DNA from: a virus
Lineage: Duplodnaviria; Caudoviricetes
Direction: 5' to 3' (one strand)
DNA length: 56,007 nt
Virus record (IMG/VR): IMGVR_UViG_3300042389_001858
Location: 1 to 56,007 of that record
A program made the translations under genes and the position numbers. Below, in pieces: positions 1-8,976 of this stretch (position 1 is the first letter of the stretch; every line of letters starts with the position of its first letter). A model generated the notes under the pieces. It did no database searches and was not told the origin of the DNA. It saw nothing but the letters and a program-made list of their open reading frames with translations.

Positions 1-108
1 AGAAGGTAGTCTTTCGACTCCGCTTCGAGTTGGGACAGTGAAGGTGGCTTGGAATTCCTTTCCAACCCCAAATTGATCCTGTATGAATTGGAGATCCCGC
101 CTCCGCGA
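1..108 (+). repeat. Exact 108-bp copy of 1041..1148
   Basis: agaaggtagt...ctccgcga is identical at 1-108 and 1041-1148; the sequences diverge after it. Confidence 0.95.
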
Positions 109-114
109 TAGCGT

Positions 115-1116
115 ATGAGTGAGTTTGAAGTTTATTATTTAGCGGTGGGGCCTTTGTTTTTTTTACGATCAAAGGCTCTTCTTGATGCCTTCTTAAAATC
201 GGGAATTTGCTTGTCAAGGTGGAACCAGATTCTCCGAGCTTTTAGCGCAACATCGGCATCTGCGATAACTGCCGCCGTCAATAAATGGTGGTCATCGCCT
301 GCGGGCCAGTCTGCATACCGAGCTGCTCAATCAACAATAAATGTTGAAATAGAGCGAGGTGGCAACTTCGGCATCGGGTTCGGGTCCGGGGTTTTGTGGC
401 GCGTAAGCAATGTGACTTATACCGTCGGTGGGCAAATCGTTAATTTAGGCCGTGTTGGGGACCAATGGGGATATAATACCCGAGAGGCCGCTGTTTTGGT
501 TGGGCGTAATGCGGCAAACTCCGGGATTCAATCGGCTCTCAAGGCTGCGCAAAAAGCTATAGAAGAGGCGGCTGCATGGCAAAAATTTCAAAGCATCACT
601 CCTGCATCCATTCTGGGATTTTTTCCGAGTCGAAGCAATGGGAAGACTTCAACTTCTGGCTCCCAAGTGAATGTCCATGTCGAAATGAGCCTTGAATTCA
701 AGGCAAAAAAGACTTGCAGGGGTTGCAGCGGTGCTGCTCGAGCGGTTGGTCTCAGTAATATATTGGATCCTGTGCAGGCTGCAGCTGCGGCCAGTTCCGC
801 AAGGTGCAGTTGGGTCAAAGACGGAAAGCCAAAAATCACTTATCAACTCAAAGTAGATGAGGATCCTGCAATTTGCAGTCAGCTTATGGCATCGATTCGA
901 TCCTTTGTTCAAGGGCTGGATCCTGCAGCTATCGCAAGAAGGCTTACTGTCAGTCCGCCGCCGGAGCAAATTGCGGACAACAAGTTTAATGATTTTATTA
1001 TAGGCTTGAATGCACCTACCTGCAATGGCCCGAGCAGCGCAGAAGGTAGTCTTTCGACTCCGCTTCGAGTTGGGACAGTGAAGGTGGCTTGGAATTCCTT
1101 TCCAACCCCAAATTGA
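115..1116 (+). CDS. Hypothetical protein
   Basis: 333-aa ORF starting in a GCGTATG context like the portal gene. No recognisable family. Confidence 0.7.
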   Translation: MSEFEVYYLAVGPLFFLRSKALLDAFLKSGICLSRWNQILRAFSATSASAITAAVNKWWSSPAGQSAYRAAQSTINVEIERGGNFGIGFGSGVLWRVSNVTYTVGGQIVNLGRVGDQWGYNTREAAVLVGRNAANSGIQSALKAAQKAIEEAAAWQKFQSITPASILGFFPSRSNGKTSTSGSQVNVHVEMSLEFKAKKTCRGCSGAARAVGLSNILDPVQAAAAASSARCSWVKDGKPKITYQLKVDEDPAICSQLMASIRSFVQGLDPAAIARRLTVSPPPEQIADNKFNDFIIGLNAPTCNGPSSAEGSLSTPLRVGTVKVAWNSFPTPN

Positions 1117-1122
1117 TCCTGT

Positions 1123-1827
1123 ATGAATTGGAGATCCCGCCTCCGCGAATTGGCCGTCCGTAGTGGGAGGGCGGTGGAGTTCTCCGTAGCTTGGGCGCGG
1201 CGGCTCAATGGGTTGTCGCCCGAGGCACGGCGGCGGTTGGGGGCGTTGAGGTCGCAGACGCGGCAGACGGGTGGGAAGTTGGGGCAGGGCGCGGATTTTC
1301 GTGTGTATGAATCCTTCACTCCGGGGCGCGGACGCACGGTGACAAAGACGCTGATCCCCGAGGCGCTCCCTGAGCGGGATCAAGTGATGGCGGCGGTGAA
1401 GAAGTCTTGGGGCGAGGCGGAGGCGTCCCCGGCTGGAAAATTCGCCGCCCTTCCGGCCGGTTGGCACAAGGCCGGTTATGTGCAGGATCGCATGCTCGAT
1501 CCGCAATACAAAAGCACTTTTAGAAAAGGGTATATCCATCCCGAGAGAAAAGAAAGGGTGGTCGGCTCTCGGTTTGCCGAAAAAATCTCAAGCGGGTTCG
1601 ATCGAGGTCGCGGTGCGGCCTACAATATGCCAATGGGAGCGAATGATTCCAGTTTGACCATAAGGAGCAGAGGCACCTACGAACGCCTGCGCCGCAAAGT
1701 CCAGATCGACGCCCACAACATCATGCTCGACCCCCGTAAACGGCGCTTGGTTTTGACCGATCCGCTGGGTTGGCAATCGTCGTCCACTCAGATCGGGGCG
1801 CTCACGCCCGGACCGGCGGTGCGTTGA
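1123..1827 (+). CDS. Protein-kinase-like protein with N-terminal LRELAVRS..VEFS tag (putative head cargo)
   Basis: KLGQGADFRVY resembles a Gly-rich loop, a Lys follows in VTKTL, and DAHNIMLD...LVLTDP resembles the catalytic and Mg-binding loops. The N-terminal tag is shared with other head-region ORFs. Confidence 0.6.
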   Translation: MNWRSRLRELAVRSGRAVEFSVAWARRLNGLSPEARRRLGALRSQTRQTGGKLGQGADFRVYESFTPGRGRTVTKTLIPEALPERDQVMAAVKKSWGEAEASPAGKFAALPAGWHKAGYVQDRMLDPQYKSTFRKGYIHPERKERVVGSRFAEKISSGFDRGRGAAYNMPMGANDSSLTIRSRGTYERLRRKVQIDAHNIMLDPRKRRLVLTDPLGWQSSSTQIGALTPGPAVR

Positions 1828-1848
1828 CCAATCCCCGGTAAGCGTATG
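1823..1848 (+). promoter_or_regulatory. GTTGAC-N15-18-start motif (first copy; putative late promoter)
   Basis: TTGAC at 1824 lies 17 nt before the portal ATG. The same motif occurs with TTGAC at 4836, 5081, 5290, 11396, 11926, 15501, 18944, 26380, 34401, 40983, 41489, 42098, 50018 and 50897, and at 16735 with a 22-nt gap. Confidence 0.75.
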
Positions 1849-3570
1849 AATTTTCTCGATCGGGCGGTTTCGTTTTTCAATCCCCAGGCAGGCGTCCAGC
1901 GGGCGTTTGCGCGGGAGAAGCTCAAGGCGTTTGGATACGATGCGGCGCATCCGGGCACGGCGCGGGGCGGGAGCGGGGGGCGGAACAAAAATGCGTCCTC
2001 GGAAACTTGGCGCTCCCAGCGGGATCGGGTGCTTCTCATGTGGGATGCGCGGGATGTGGTGAGGAATTTCGCGCTCCTGCGCGGCATCGTGGCCCGCATC
2101 GTGCAGTATGTGGCCGATACCGTGCAGTATGTGTCGCAGACGGGGGATGAGGAGATCGATTCGCTCTACCAGGATTATTTCCATGCGTGGTGCGAGCGGG
2201 CGGACATCACGGGGCGTCACCGCCTCGGCGATCTGGTGTGGATGCTGGTGTGGGCGATCATCGTGGATGGCGACCACGGGTGGCATATCGTTTCCGTGGA
2301 TGAGAATGGCAAGCAAGTGCCAAAAATCCAACCCATCGAGGCCGACCGCATCGGGGATCCGAACAGCCCGATCAACCCCGGCGAGGACAACAATATCGGC
2401 GGGATTTTTGTGGATGAGATGGGGCGTCCGCTGAGCTACAAAATCTTCAAGCGCGAACGCCGCACGGCGCAGTATTCTTTTGACCGCGAGGTTCCTGCGG
2501 ATCAATTCATCCACATTTTCGATCCGCAACGGGTGGATCAATATCGGGGCGTCTCGGCCTTGGCCACGGCGATCGCGCCCGCCCGCGATCTTTACGAGAT
2601 TTACCAGTTCGAGAAAACGGCGGCGAAGTGGCAGGCGGGCTACGCAGGGTTTGTGAAAACGCCCGATCCCACGCGCGGCGATGGGGGCGTTTCCGCTTGG
2701 AATGGCACGACTACCGGCAAGCCGGGTGCCTCGCCCATGGGCCTCATGGAAGTGGCCCCAGGAAAAATCCAACGCCTCGCGGCGGGCGAGGATATCCAAT
2801 TCGCCCCCGGCACGAGCCGTCCGGGCGGGGCGTTCATGGCGCTGGTGCAGGTGATGGTGCGCGAGATTTCCAGCGGGCTGAATATGCCGTATGGGTTCCT
2901 TTATGACATGACGGCGTTCTCGGGCCACACGGGGCGCATCGAGATCGCGCAGGCGATGCGCGGCATTCGCCGGATGCAAAAACTCGTCGGCGAGAGAGCA
3001 TTGAATCCCGTGCGGGATGCGGTGATCGGCTACGGCATCGGCATGGGCGAGTTGCCGCCGCATCCGCAATGGCGTAATGGCCGGTGGGGCTTCGGGCGTT
3101 CCCTCACGGGGGACTACGGGCACGATACCACGGCAAATCTCCAGATGCTTCAGAACGGCCTTGTCACGGCCAGCGATTTGATTTCCGAGACGGGGCAGAG
3201 TTTCGAGGAAGTGGTGAGGCGCAGCGCGAGCGAAGTGGCGTATATGCAACGGGTCGCCACCGAGACGGGAGTTCCGATCGAACTCTTCAACCAGCGGATT
3301 CCGAATCCCACGCAAGCCCTCGCCGCGATGGCCGAGCCGCCGCAACCCCCGCCGCCGGGCCTCGTCCCGCAAGGTATGGATGTGAAGCCGCTCTTGGAGT
3401 TGCTGAAAAATGTGGGCGAGGGGATCATTGATCGGGAGAGCGCGATCATCAACTTGATGAATCTCTACGGCGTGGAACGAATGGCGGCGGAAAAAATGGT
3501 GCCGGACGGGCCGGGGGAGAAGAAGGGTTTGACCGCGGAGGACGCGGAGAACGCGGAGCGTGGGAAATGA
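1846..3570 (+). CDS. Phage portal protein, lambda family
   Basis: ARDVVRN, IEADRI, HIFDPQRVDQYRGVS and RLAAGEDIQF are typical of lambda gpB-type portals. Position is upstream of the head genes. Confidence 0.92.
   Translation: MNFLDRAVSFFNPQAGVQRAFAREKLKAFGYDAAHPGTARGGSGGRNKNASSETWRSQRDRVLLMWDARDVVRNFALLRGIVARIVQYVADTVQYVSQTGDEEIDSLYQDYFHAWCERADITGRHRLGDLVWMLVWAIIVDGDHGWHIVSVDENGKQVPKIQPIEADRIGDPNSPINPGEDNNIGGIFVDEMGRPLSYKIFKRERRTAQYSFDREVPADQFIHIFDPQRVDQYRGVSALATAIAPARDLYEIYQFEKTAAKWQAGYAGFVKTPDPTRGDGGVSAWNGTTTGKPGASPMGLMEVAPGKIQRLAAGEDIQFAPGTSRPGGAFMALVQVMVREISSGLNMPYGFLYDMTAFSGHTGRIEIAQAMRGIRRMQKLVGERALNPVRDAVIGYGIGMGELPPHPQWRNGRWGFGRSLTGDYGHDTTANLQMLQNGLVTASDLISETGQSFEEVVRRSASEVAYMQRVATETGVPIELFNQRIPNPTQALAAMAEPPQPPPPGLVPQGMDVKPLLELLKNVGEGIIDRESAIINLMNLYGVERMAAEKMVPDGPGEKKGLTAEDAENAERGK
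3532..3558 (+). repeat. 3x 9-bp tandem repeat (NNCGCGGAG) encoding TAEDAENAE at the portal C-terminus
   Basis: accgcggag-gacgcggag-aacgcggag. Confidence 0.7.
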
Positions 3571-4544
3571 AACTTTCGGATACGGAAAAAGCGGTTTTCC
3601 GTCATTATTATCGCAAGCTCAAGAAGCTGACGCGCAAGGGCGGGCTTCGTGACGGAAAGGCTGAATCGCTTGGGATTGGCGGCGTTATGCCTGATATGGC
3701 GTGGAAGGATAAGGCAGCCGGGTTATTATGGCGGGGGGCAGGGCGGCAGGAAATTGAGAAACTGGCTGGGGATGGAAGATTTGTAAGCCAATGGTCGCAC
3801 GCGCTTGGAAAGTCCAGAACCTATACAGCAAGTCTTCCTCGCCGTGCTGCTGGGTATGCCGAGAGCAAATCCGACCCGCGAGTTTATGCTATTTCTCCAA
3901 CGGCATTCAAAAGATCCGATGAACGGGTTCGCCAAGTAAACCACTCTCCAAGCACCACGGCCCCGATACGCGGCGGCATTTTCCGGCATGAGGTTCGTGG
4001 CATTCTCAAGGGATCCGATGGCGGCGCGGACGAGTATGGTCGGAAAAAAGTGCGCTGGCGGCCAGCCTCTTTGGGCGATGTTCAGAATCGGAATTTCTCC
4101 GCCAAGCTCCGCATCAGGGCTCTATGTGCCAAGCTCCGCTTGGTCGAGTTTGGCTACACGAAGCCGGGGTTGCGGGCGCGGATCAAGGCGCGGATCATGG
4201 CGAGTTCCAAGGGCGGGCGTCCAGGCCAATGGAGTGCGCGGAAGGCTCAGCTTGTGGCGCAAGAGTATCGGGCCGAGGGCGGTGGCTACAAGGGCGGCAA
4301 GACGGAATCCCAGAAATCCCTCCGCAAGTGGACGCGGGAAAAGTGGCGCACGCGATCCGGCAAGCCCAGCACACAGGGAAGCGAGGCTACGGGCGAGCGA
4401 TACCTGCCCGACAAGGCGCACAAGAGCCTTTCGCCACAAGAGTATGGGGCCACGACTCGCGCCAAGCGGGAAGGATCGCGGCGCGGCGAGCAATTCGTGA
4501 GGCAGCCCGAGCGCATCGCCAAAAAAACGGCACGGCACCGATGA
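3567..4544 (+). CDS. Two-module basic protein with a DUF5872-like C-terminal domain after an internal tag (putative head cargo)
   Basis: The linker FSAKLRIRALCAKLRLVEFG (4095-4154) is followed by YTKPGLR..SSKGGRPGQWSARKAQL..GGGYKG..ERYLP, which I recognise as the DUF5872-type family. Confidence 0.7.
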   Translation: MKLSDTEKAVFRHYYRKLKKLTRKGGLRDGKAESLGIGGVMPDMAWKDKAAGLLWRGAGRQEIEKLAGDGRFVSQWSHALGKSRTYTASLPRRAAGYAESKSDPRVYAISPTAFKRSDERVRQVNHSPSTTAPIRGGIFRHEVRGILKGSDGGADEYGRKKVRWRPASLGDVQNRNFSAKLRIRALCAKLRLVEFGYTKPGLRARIKARIMASSKGGRPGQWSARKAQLVAQEYRAEGGGYKGGKTESQKSLRKWTREKWRTRSGKPSTQGSEATGERYLPDKAHKSLSPQEYGATTRAKREGSRRGEQFVRQPERIAKKTARHR

Positions 4545-4744
4545 GCGACCACGCCGACGAGTTGTATTTTTTGTTGAATGATGCGATCTCGTATCTGCAC
4601 CACCATGGGCACGGGGAAAAGGCCCGACAGATACAAAAGGATCGGGACAAGATTATGGAGAGCATTGAGTGGTTTCCAGCGCGCGGCAGCGAGGGCGGCT
4701 CGCCACTAAGTCGTGGCTCGGGGCGGGCGAGTAGGCGTTCGTAA
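4541..4744 (+). CDS. Small hypothetical protein
   Basis: ATGA overlap with the upstream stop. The 3' third overlaps the predicted RNA structure. Confidence 0.45.
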   Translation: MSDHADELYFLLNDAISYLHHHGHGEKARQIQKDRDKIMESIEWFPARGSEGGSPLSRGSGRASRRS

Positions 4745-4835
4745 GGACGGTCCGAGGCCCTTACTCGACGCGGTGCAAGCCGCGCTTTATCGAGGAAGCG
4801 CATCGAGCGGCCGAGCGACCTGGCCCGCGCGCTGG
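4676..4835 (+). ncRNA. Candidate structured RNA (multibranch, GNRA tetraloops)
   Basis: Perfect 11-bp closing stem 4676-4686/4825-4835. Inner 8-bp stem 4728-4735/4760-4767. Hairpins cgttc-GTAA-ggacg, cgcggt-GCAA-gccgcg and gcgag/ctcgc. Confidence 0.5.
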
Positions 4836-4856
4836 TTGACTTTCGGGATATTCATC

Positions 4857-5084
4857 GTGAAAACACAATCCCTCTCAGCCAATCAATCGAAAAAGTTCAG
4901 CAAGACAATTCGCCTCCCCGAGGGGTGGGTGGGGCCGCGCGAGCGGCGGTGGTTTGTGGAGTTGAAGGCCGATATGGCGCGCGCCGAGCAATACTTTTGG
5001 CGACAAACTCCAGAGCGGCGGAAAGTCCAGAGGGAATACTTGAGGGGCAAGACTTGGGGGAATAACAACTTTTGCTTCAGTTGA
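4857..5084 (+). CDS. Small basic hypothetical protein (GTG start)
   Basis: GTG lies 16 nt after GTTGAC. The stop TGA falls inside the next GTTGAC. Confidence 0.6.
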   Translation: MKTQSLSANQSKKFSKTIRLPEGWVGPRERRWFVELKADMARAEQYFWRQTPERRKVQREYLRGKTWGNNNFCFS

Positions 5085-5100
5085 CTGGAGTGTTGGCGGT

Positions 5101-8100
5101 ATGTCGCTGCCGCTGATTGAAAAAGCCTACGATTTATACAAGACAAAAAAGAAACGGCCCTGGGCGTTTAAGAAGGCCGCGGATTCTGCGAAACTGCTAA
5201 GCCCTGCGCAGAGTGCCCAGCTGTTCAAGTTGGCAAAAGGCATGAGGAAATCGGCAAATCCCGAGCTTTATCCCGAGCAGATGCGGTTGTTGACGGTGGG
5301 GCGCTCGGGTATGAAGTTGCGCGAATTTCGTTATTACCCCTACCCTGGCAATCCTTACGATAAGGATTTTGCCCAAGAGCGTGAAAAGGAACGGCGGCAC
5401 GGGCTGATCAAGGCCGGGTTGGTGGGGGCGGGCTTGCTGGGTGGCGGCGCGCTGGTGGGGCGCGGGTTATTTAGGGCGGGCGTAAGTGCTGCTGCGCGTC
5501 GTGCCGATGACTTGGCGCGGGAGGTTGATTTTCTGAAAACTGCGAAAAAGGCCGAGAAATTGGATGAGGTCGCCCCTGCCGCAAAGTCCCGCAAGCCGAT
5601 CAAAGTCGCCGCCACGCCTCCGCCCGCTCCGAAAACGACGCTGCCGCCGCCTCCGCCGCCAGCGCCTCCCGCCGCGGTGGATAAAAGCATCCAGGCTGAG
5701 GGGCGCAAGCGCGCGCCCGTGCAGACGAAGGCCATCGAGCAGTTGAAGGACAGCGGCCAGATCAGTCAGTCCGATGCTACCGCCGAAATCCAAGAGATCG
5801 TAGCCGGAGCAAAGCCTACGCGTAAACTCACTCCAAGGCAACAGGTTTTGGCAAAGCGGCAAGCGAAGGTCGCTAAATTCGCGTCTGCCCAATCGTCGGC
5901 TGCTCCTGCGCCCGCCGTTCCGAAGGCGCCCGCGCCTCCCAAGGCGAAGCCAAAAGCGGCGCCCGCGCCTGTTCCCGCCGCGCGCGCGAGTGATGAGTTT
6001 TGGGAGAAGGAGGGTCTTGGCAAGGTTCCGCTTACAGGCACGCCCGAGCAGAACGCCGCCCTGCGCAAAAAGTTGGAAGAGACTTATGCCGCCGGGGGAT
6101 TCAAGGGAAGGGTCAAGGGCGATGTGATCGATGATGTTCGTGCATCCCTGGCAAAAGCGGGTGAGTCAGCTGGAAAATCCGATTTTCCGCCGGGACTCAG
6201 CGAGGCGCTTCGGCAGGAGGCGAAGAAAAGCAACCCGCCCAAGGCTGCCAAAAAATCCAAGAAATCAAAAGCTGAGGATGATGATTTGGATGATCCGGGC
6301 GCCTCTCCTGAAGAGGCGGAATGGGAGGAGGCTCTTAATAAAAACCAAAAACCAGAGCCGAAATCCAAGTCAAAGGCGTCCAAGGCCCCCGCTAAAGGCG
6401 AGAAGCTTTCCTACGCAGAAAAAATCGCCGCCCGCGTCAAGGCGAAGCGCCAAAAGAAAAAAAATCTCGCCGACCGCCTACGCGGCATCCGGTATTTCAA
6501 TTTTCAGACCGACGAAGGCGGCATTCCTTTCACCGGCAAGGTGGCGAAAGACCGCTTCATTAAGCAAATTCGCGATCAGGACTTGCGCCGCCGCGATTCC
6601 AATCTGCTTCGTGCCGGTGCGGCGGGGGCTTTGGCCGGGGTGCTTTTCCGCGGCAGGCTTTCCATGGGCAGGCGCGCGCTGATTGGGGCGGGTTTGGGTG
6701 CCGGAGGAGTGATTGGCACGAGGGCGATCACTGATCGCACCCGCGATGTTTACGGCGAACGCAGCCACGAGGCCATGCGCGCCGAAGCCCTCCCGGCCAT
6801 TGCCGGACTCGGCACCGCCGGATGGCTCGCCACCCGCCGCATCCGCGGCCTGGCCGCAAAGTTTCGCGGGGTGAAGGAGTTTTCGATTCTCAATAAAATC
6901 TCCAACCTCACCGGCATGGCGCAAATCAAGGCCGGGCGCGAGGCTTTGGAGAAGGCGAAATCGAATAGGCAATTGAGAGATATTTATCGCGCCGATGCCA
7001 TCAAGCAGAATAAGTTCCCTTACAGAGATTCTGACCTTCAGTATGAGATCGAAAGTGGCATGAGGCATAGGGCTATTGCCAGAGGCACTTATGCTAAGTA
7101 TGATGTCCGGCGAGCCAGAAACCTCATCAACGAAGGCATCCGCCGCCGCAACATTTCCATCGGAGTCGGTGCGGGAGTTGCAGGTTTAGGCGCGGGGGCG
7201 GGGTATCTCGCCACGCGCAAGGAATCCAACCTCGCCGCGAAGCTGCGCGGCTTGAAAGAATTCGAGGACTACAAGCTCTACTACTTCAAGGGGCGCAACA
7301 CCGGCATCGCGGCCCGCAGTGCCGATGAGGCCCGGAAGAAGAAAAAGCGTGGCGGCGACGAGCTTGTGGCCGTGCGCACTCCGAACAAGACGGAACGCAG
7401 TCAGATGGCGCGAGGCATTTGGGTTCGCACCCGCCGCGATGGCAAAAGCCCCGGTCAATCCCGCTACGGCAAGGGGAGGGGACAAGGGCCAGCCCGCAAG
7501 AAAGAAATGTCCGCCAAATTTTTCGAGAAACGCGATAAGGAAAAAGGCGGGCTGAATCCCTATGTGGGCGCGGCGTTGTCGGGCTTCGGCAGCGGAGCGG
7601 CCTTGGGATCGCTGGCCCTGCTTCGGCGGGGTGCCACATTCCGCAGCGCGGCCAAGACGGCTGGAAAGCTCGGTCTGGCCTCGGCGGGAATCGTCGGCGG
7701 CGGAGCGTTGCTCGGCAGCAAGATCATCGGAAATCCCAGGGATGACGAAAGCGCGCCATTTACCAAGCGGGCCGCCATCGGCGGAGCCTTGGTGGGATCG
7801 GGCGCTGGATTGGCCGGTGCGCTCCTGCTTCGTCGGACCAAAGGCGGCGCGAGGGCGCTGGTCGGAGCATCCAAAAAAACCGAACCTTTTTCTCGCCCCG
7901 CCATGTGGCTTCGTAAAACGCCTCTCGCAGGCGCGGCGGGCATCGGCGCTCTCGGTGGTGCGCTCTACGGCGGGGCCATGGGCGCGGACGAAGGCCAGCA
8001 AGTCGATTCCATTCGCAATCTGCGAAAGGATTTGAAGAAGGAAATGTCCGCCCGTCTCCTTCGCGCGCGTCTGCGGCTGTTTGGTCGGGGGGATCAGGCG

Positions 8101-8976
8101 CGGTGGGATGCGCAGGGAACGAATGAAGATGCCCGATTTGCTAATACCGCCTGGGGGTGGGCTGTGGATCGCCCGATGTATATCCCGAGGCGCGACAAGC
8201 AGGGGCGTGTCGTCAAGGATCCGATCACAGGCGAAGCCATGCGCCAGCGTTGGGAGGCGAATACTCCGCAACTTTGGAATTCCGTAGCCCGCGAGGCGGG
8301 GCGCCAGCGCGTGAATGTGCAGCGCGGAGGCAGACTCTCGCGCGATGTTTTTGATGAAATGCGGGGCGCGCCCCGCCAGCGCGATGCCAGCGGGCGCATC
8401 AAAAAGCGCGAGTGGGAGAAAAGCTGGTTCCAGAATAAAGCCACGGAGATCGGGCTCACGGTAGCTGGATTGGGAGGGTTGGGGGCCATCCGCTACGCGA
8501 ACAACAATCCCGACACCAAGGCGGGCCGCGCCTGGCGCAATACCCAATCGAGTCTGCGCACCACCAAGGACAATCTCGCCGAGATCGGCTCGGCCATCAT
8601 GCGTGGAGCCACGAGCATCACCGCCAGGCGGCGGTTCTCCGCGAAATTGAGGAAACTTCGCGAGCTGGATGCTTTTGCCGAATACCAGGGATGGGATGTC
8701 CGCGATCCGCGAGGCCGCTCCGCCCGCGTCTTCGCGCCCGGCAGCCGCCGCCGCGAGCGCCGCCCCAAGGAGTGGCATGAAAAAACGGAAAACGAGCGCA
8801 AGCTCTGGAAAGCCGGATTGGTCGCCAGCGCGTTGGGTGGCGCGGGAGCAATGCTGGTTGGGCAACGCCTCGTCTCCGGGAAGTCGCTTGTGCCTTCGCG
8901 GTTTCTGCCGAAGAAGCCCGTGATCGATCCCGAAAAGGTGGTGACGGGCGTGAATTTCAAAAAAGGAGCCGCATGA
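5101..8976 (+). CDS. Large modular polyprotein of tag-separated basic and glycine-zipper modules (putative internal head/ejection protein); second start at 5311
   Basis: Tags at 5311, 6466, 6850, 7231, 7504, 8041 and 8635. Several GxxxG hydrophobic segments and a Pro/Ala/Lys-rich disordered region. Confidence 0.75.
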   Translation: MSLPLIEKAYDLYKTKKKRPWAFKKAADSAKLLSPAQSAQLFKLAKGMRKSANPELYPEQMRLLTVGRSGMKLREFRYYPYPGNPYDKDFAQEREKERRHGLIKAGLVGAGLLGGGALVGRGLFRAGVSAAARRADDLAREVDFLKTAKKAEKLDEVAPAAKSRKPIKVAATPPPAPKTTLPPPPPPAPPAAVDKSIQAEGRKRAPVQTKAIEQLKDSGQISQSDATAEIQEIVAGAKPTRKLTPRQQVLAKRQAKVAKFASAQSSAAPAPAVPKAPAPPKAKPKAAPAPVPAARASDEFWEKEGLGKVPLTGTPEQNAALRKKLEETYAAGGFKGRVKGDVIDDVRASLAKAGESAGKSDFPPGLSEALRQEAKKSNPPKAAKKSKKSKAEDDDLDDPGASPEEAEWEEALNKNQKPEPKSKSKASKAPAKGEKLSYAEKIAARVKAKRQKKKNLADRLRGIRYFNFQTDEGGIPFTGKVAKDRFIKQIRDQDLRRRDSNLLRAGAAGALAGVLFRGRLSMGRRALIGAGLGAGGVIGTRAITDRTRDVYGERSHEAMRAEALPAIAGLGTAGWLATRRIRGLAAKFRGVKEFSILNKISNLTGMAQIKAGREALEKAKSNRQLRDIYRADAIKQNKFPYRDSDLQYEIESGMRHRAIARGTYAKYDVRRARNLINEGIRRRNISIGVGAGVAGLGAGAGYLATRKESNLAAKLRGLKEFEDYKLYYFKGRNTGIAARSADEARKKKKRGGDELVAVRTPNKTERSQMARGIWVRTRRDGKSPGQSRYGKGRGQGPARKKEMSAKFFEKRDKEKGGLNPYVGAALSGFGSGAALGSLALLRRGATFRSAAKTAGKLGLASAGIVGGGALLGSKIIGNPRDDESAPFTKRAAIGGALVGSGAGLAGALLLRRTKGGARALVGASKKTEPFSRPAMWLRKTPLAGAAGIGALGGALYGGAMGADEGQQVDSIRNLRKDLKKEMSARLLRARLRLFGRGDQARWDAQGTNEDARFANTAWGWAVDRPMYIPRRDKQGRVVKDPITGEAMRQRWEANTPQLWNSVAREAGRQRVNVQRGGRLSRDVFDEMRGAPRQRDASGRIKKREWEKSWFQNKATEIGLTVAGLGGLGAIRYANNNPDTKAGRAWRNTQSSLRTTKDNLAEIGSAIMRGATSITARRRFSAKLRKLRELDAFAEYQGWDVRDPRGRSARVFAPGSRRRERRPKEWHEKTENERKLWKAGLVASALGGAGAMLVGQRLVSGKSLVPSRFLPKKPVIDPEKVVTGVNFKKGAA

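Noticed and set aside
1824-1850. GTTGAC motif as an ordinary sigma70 -35 with TATG as the -10
   Set aside because: Transcription would begin downstream of the start codon, and several copies have CATG, GATG or CGTG there.
1588-3372. 594-aa minus-strand ORF, and similar long ones at 7186-9051, 9314-10678, 31436-32902, 41412-42758 and the plus-strand 52345-53856
   Set aside because: These are antisense shadows of well-supported GC-rich genes and show no motifs.
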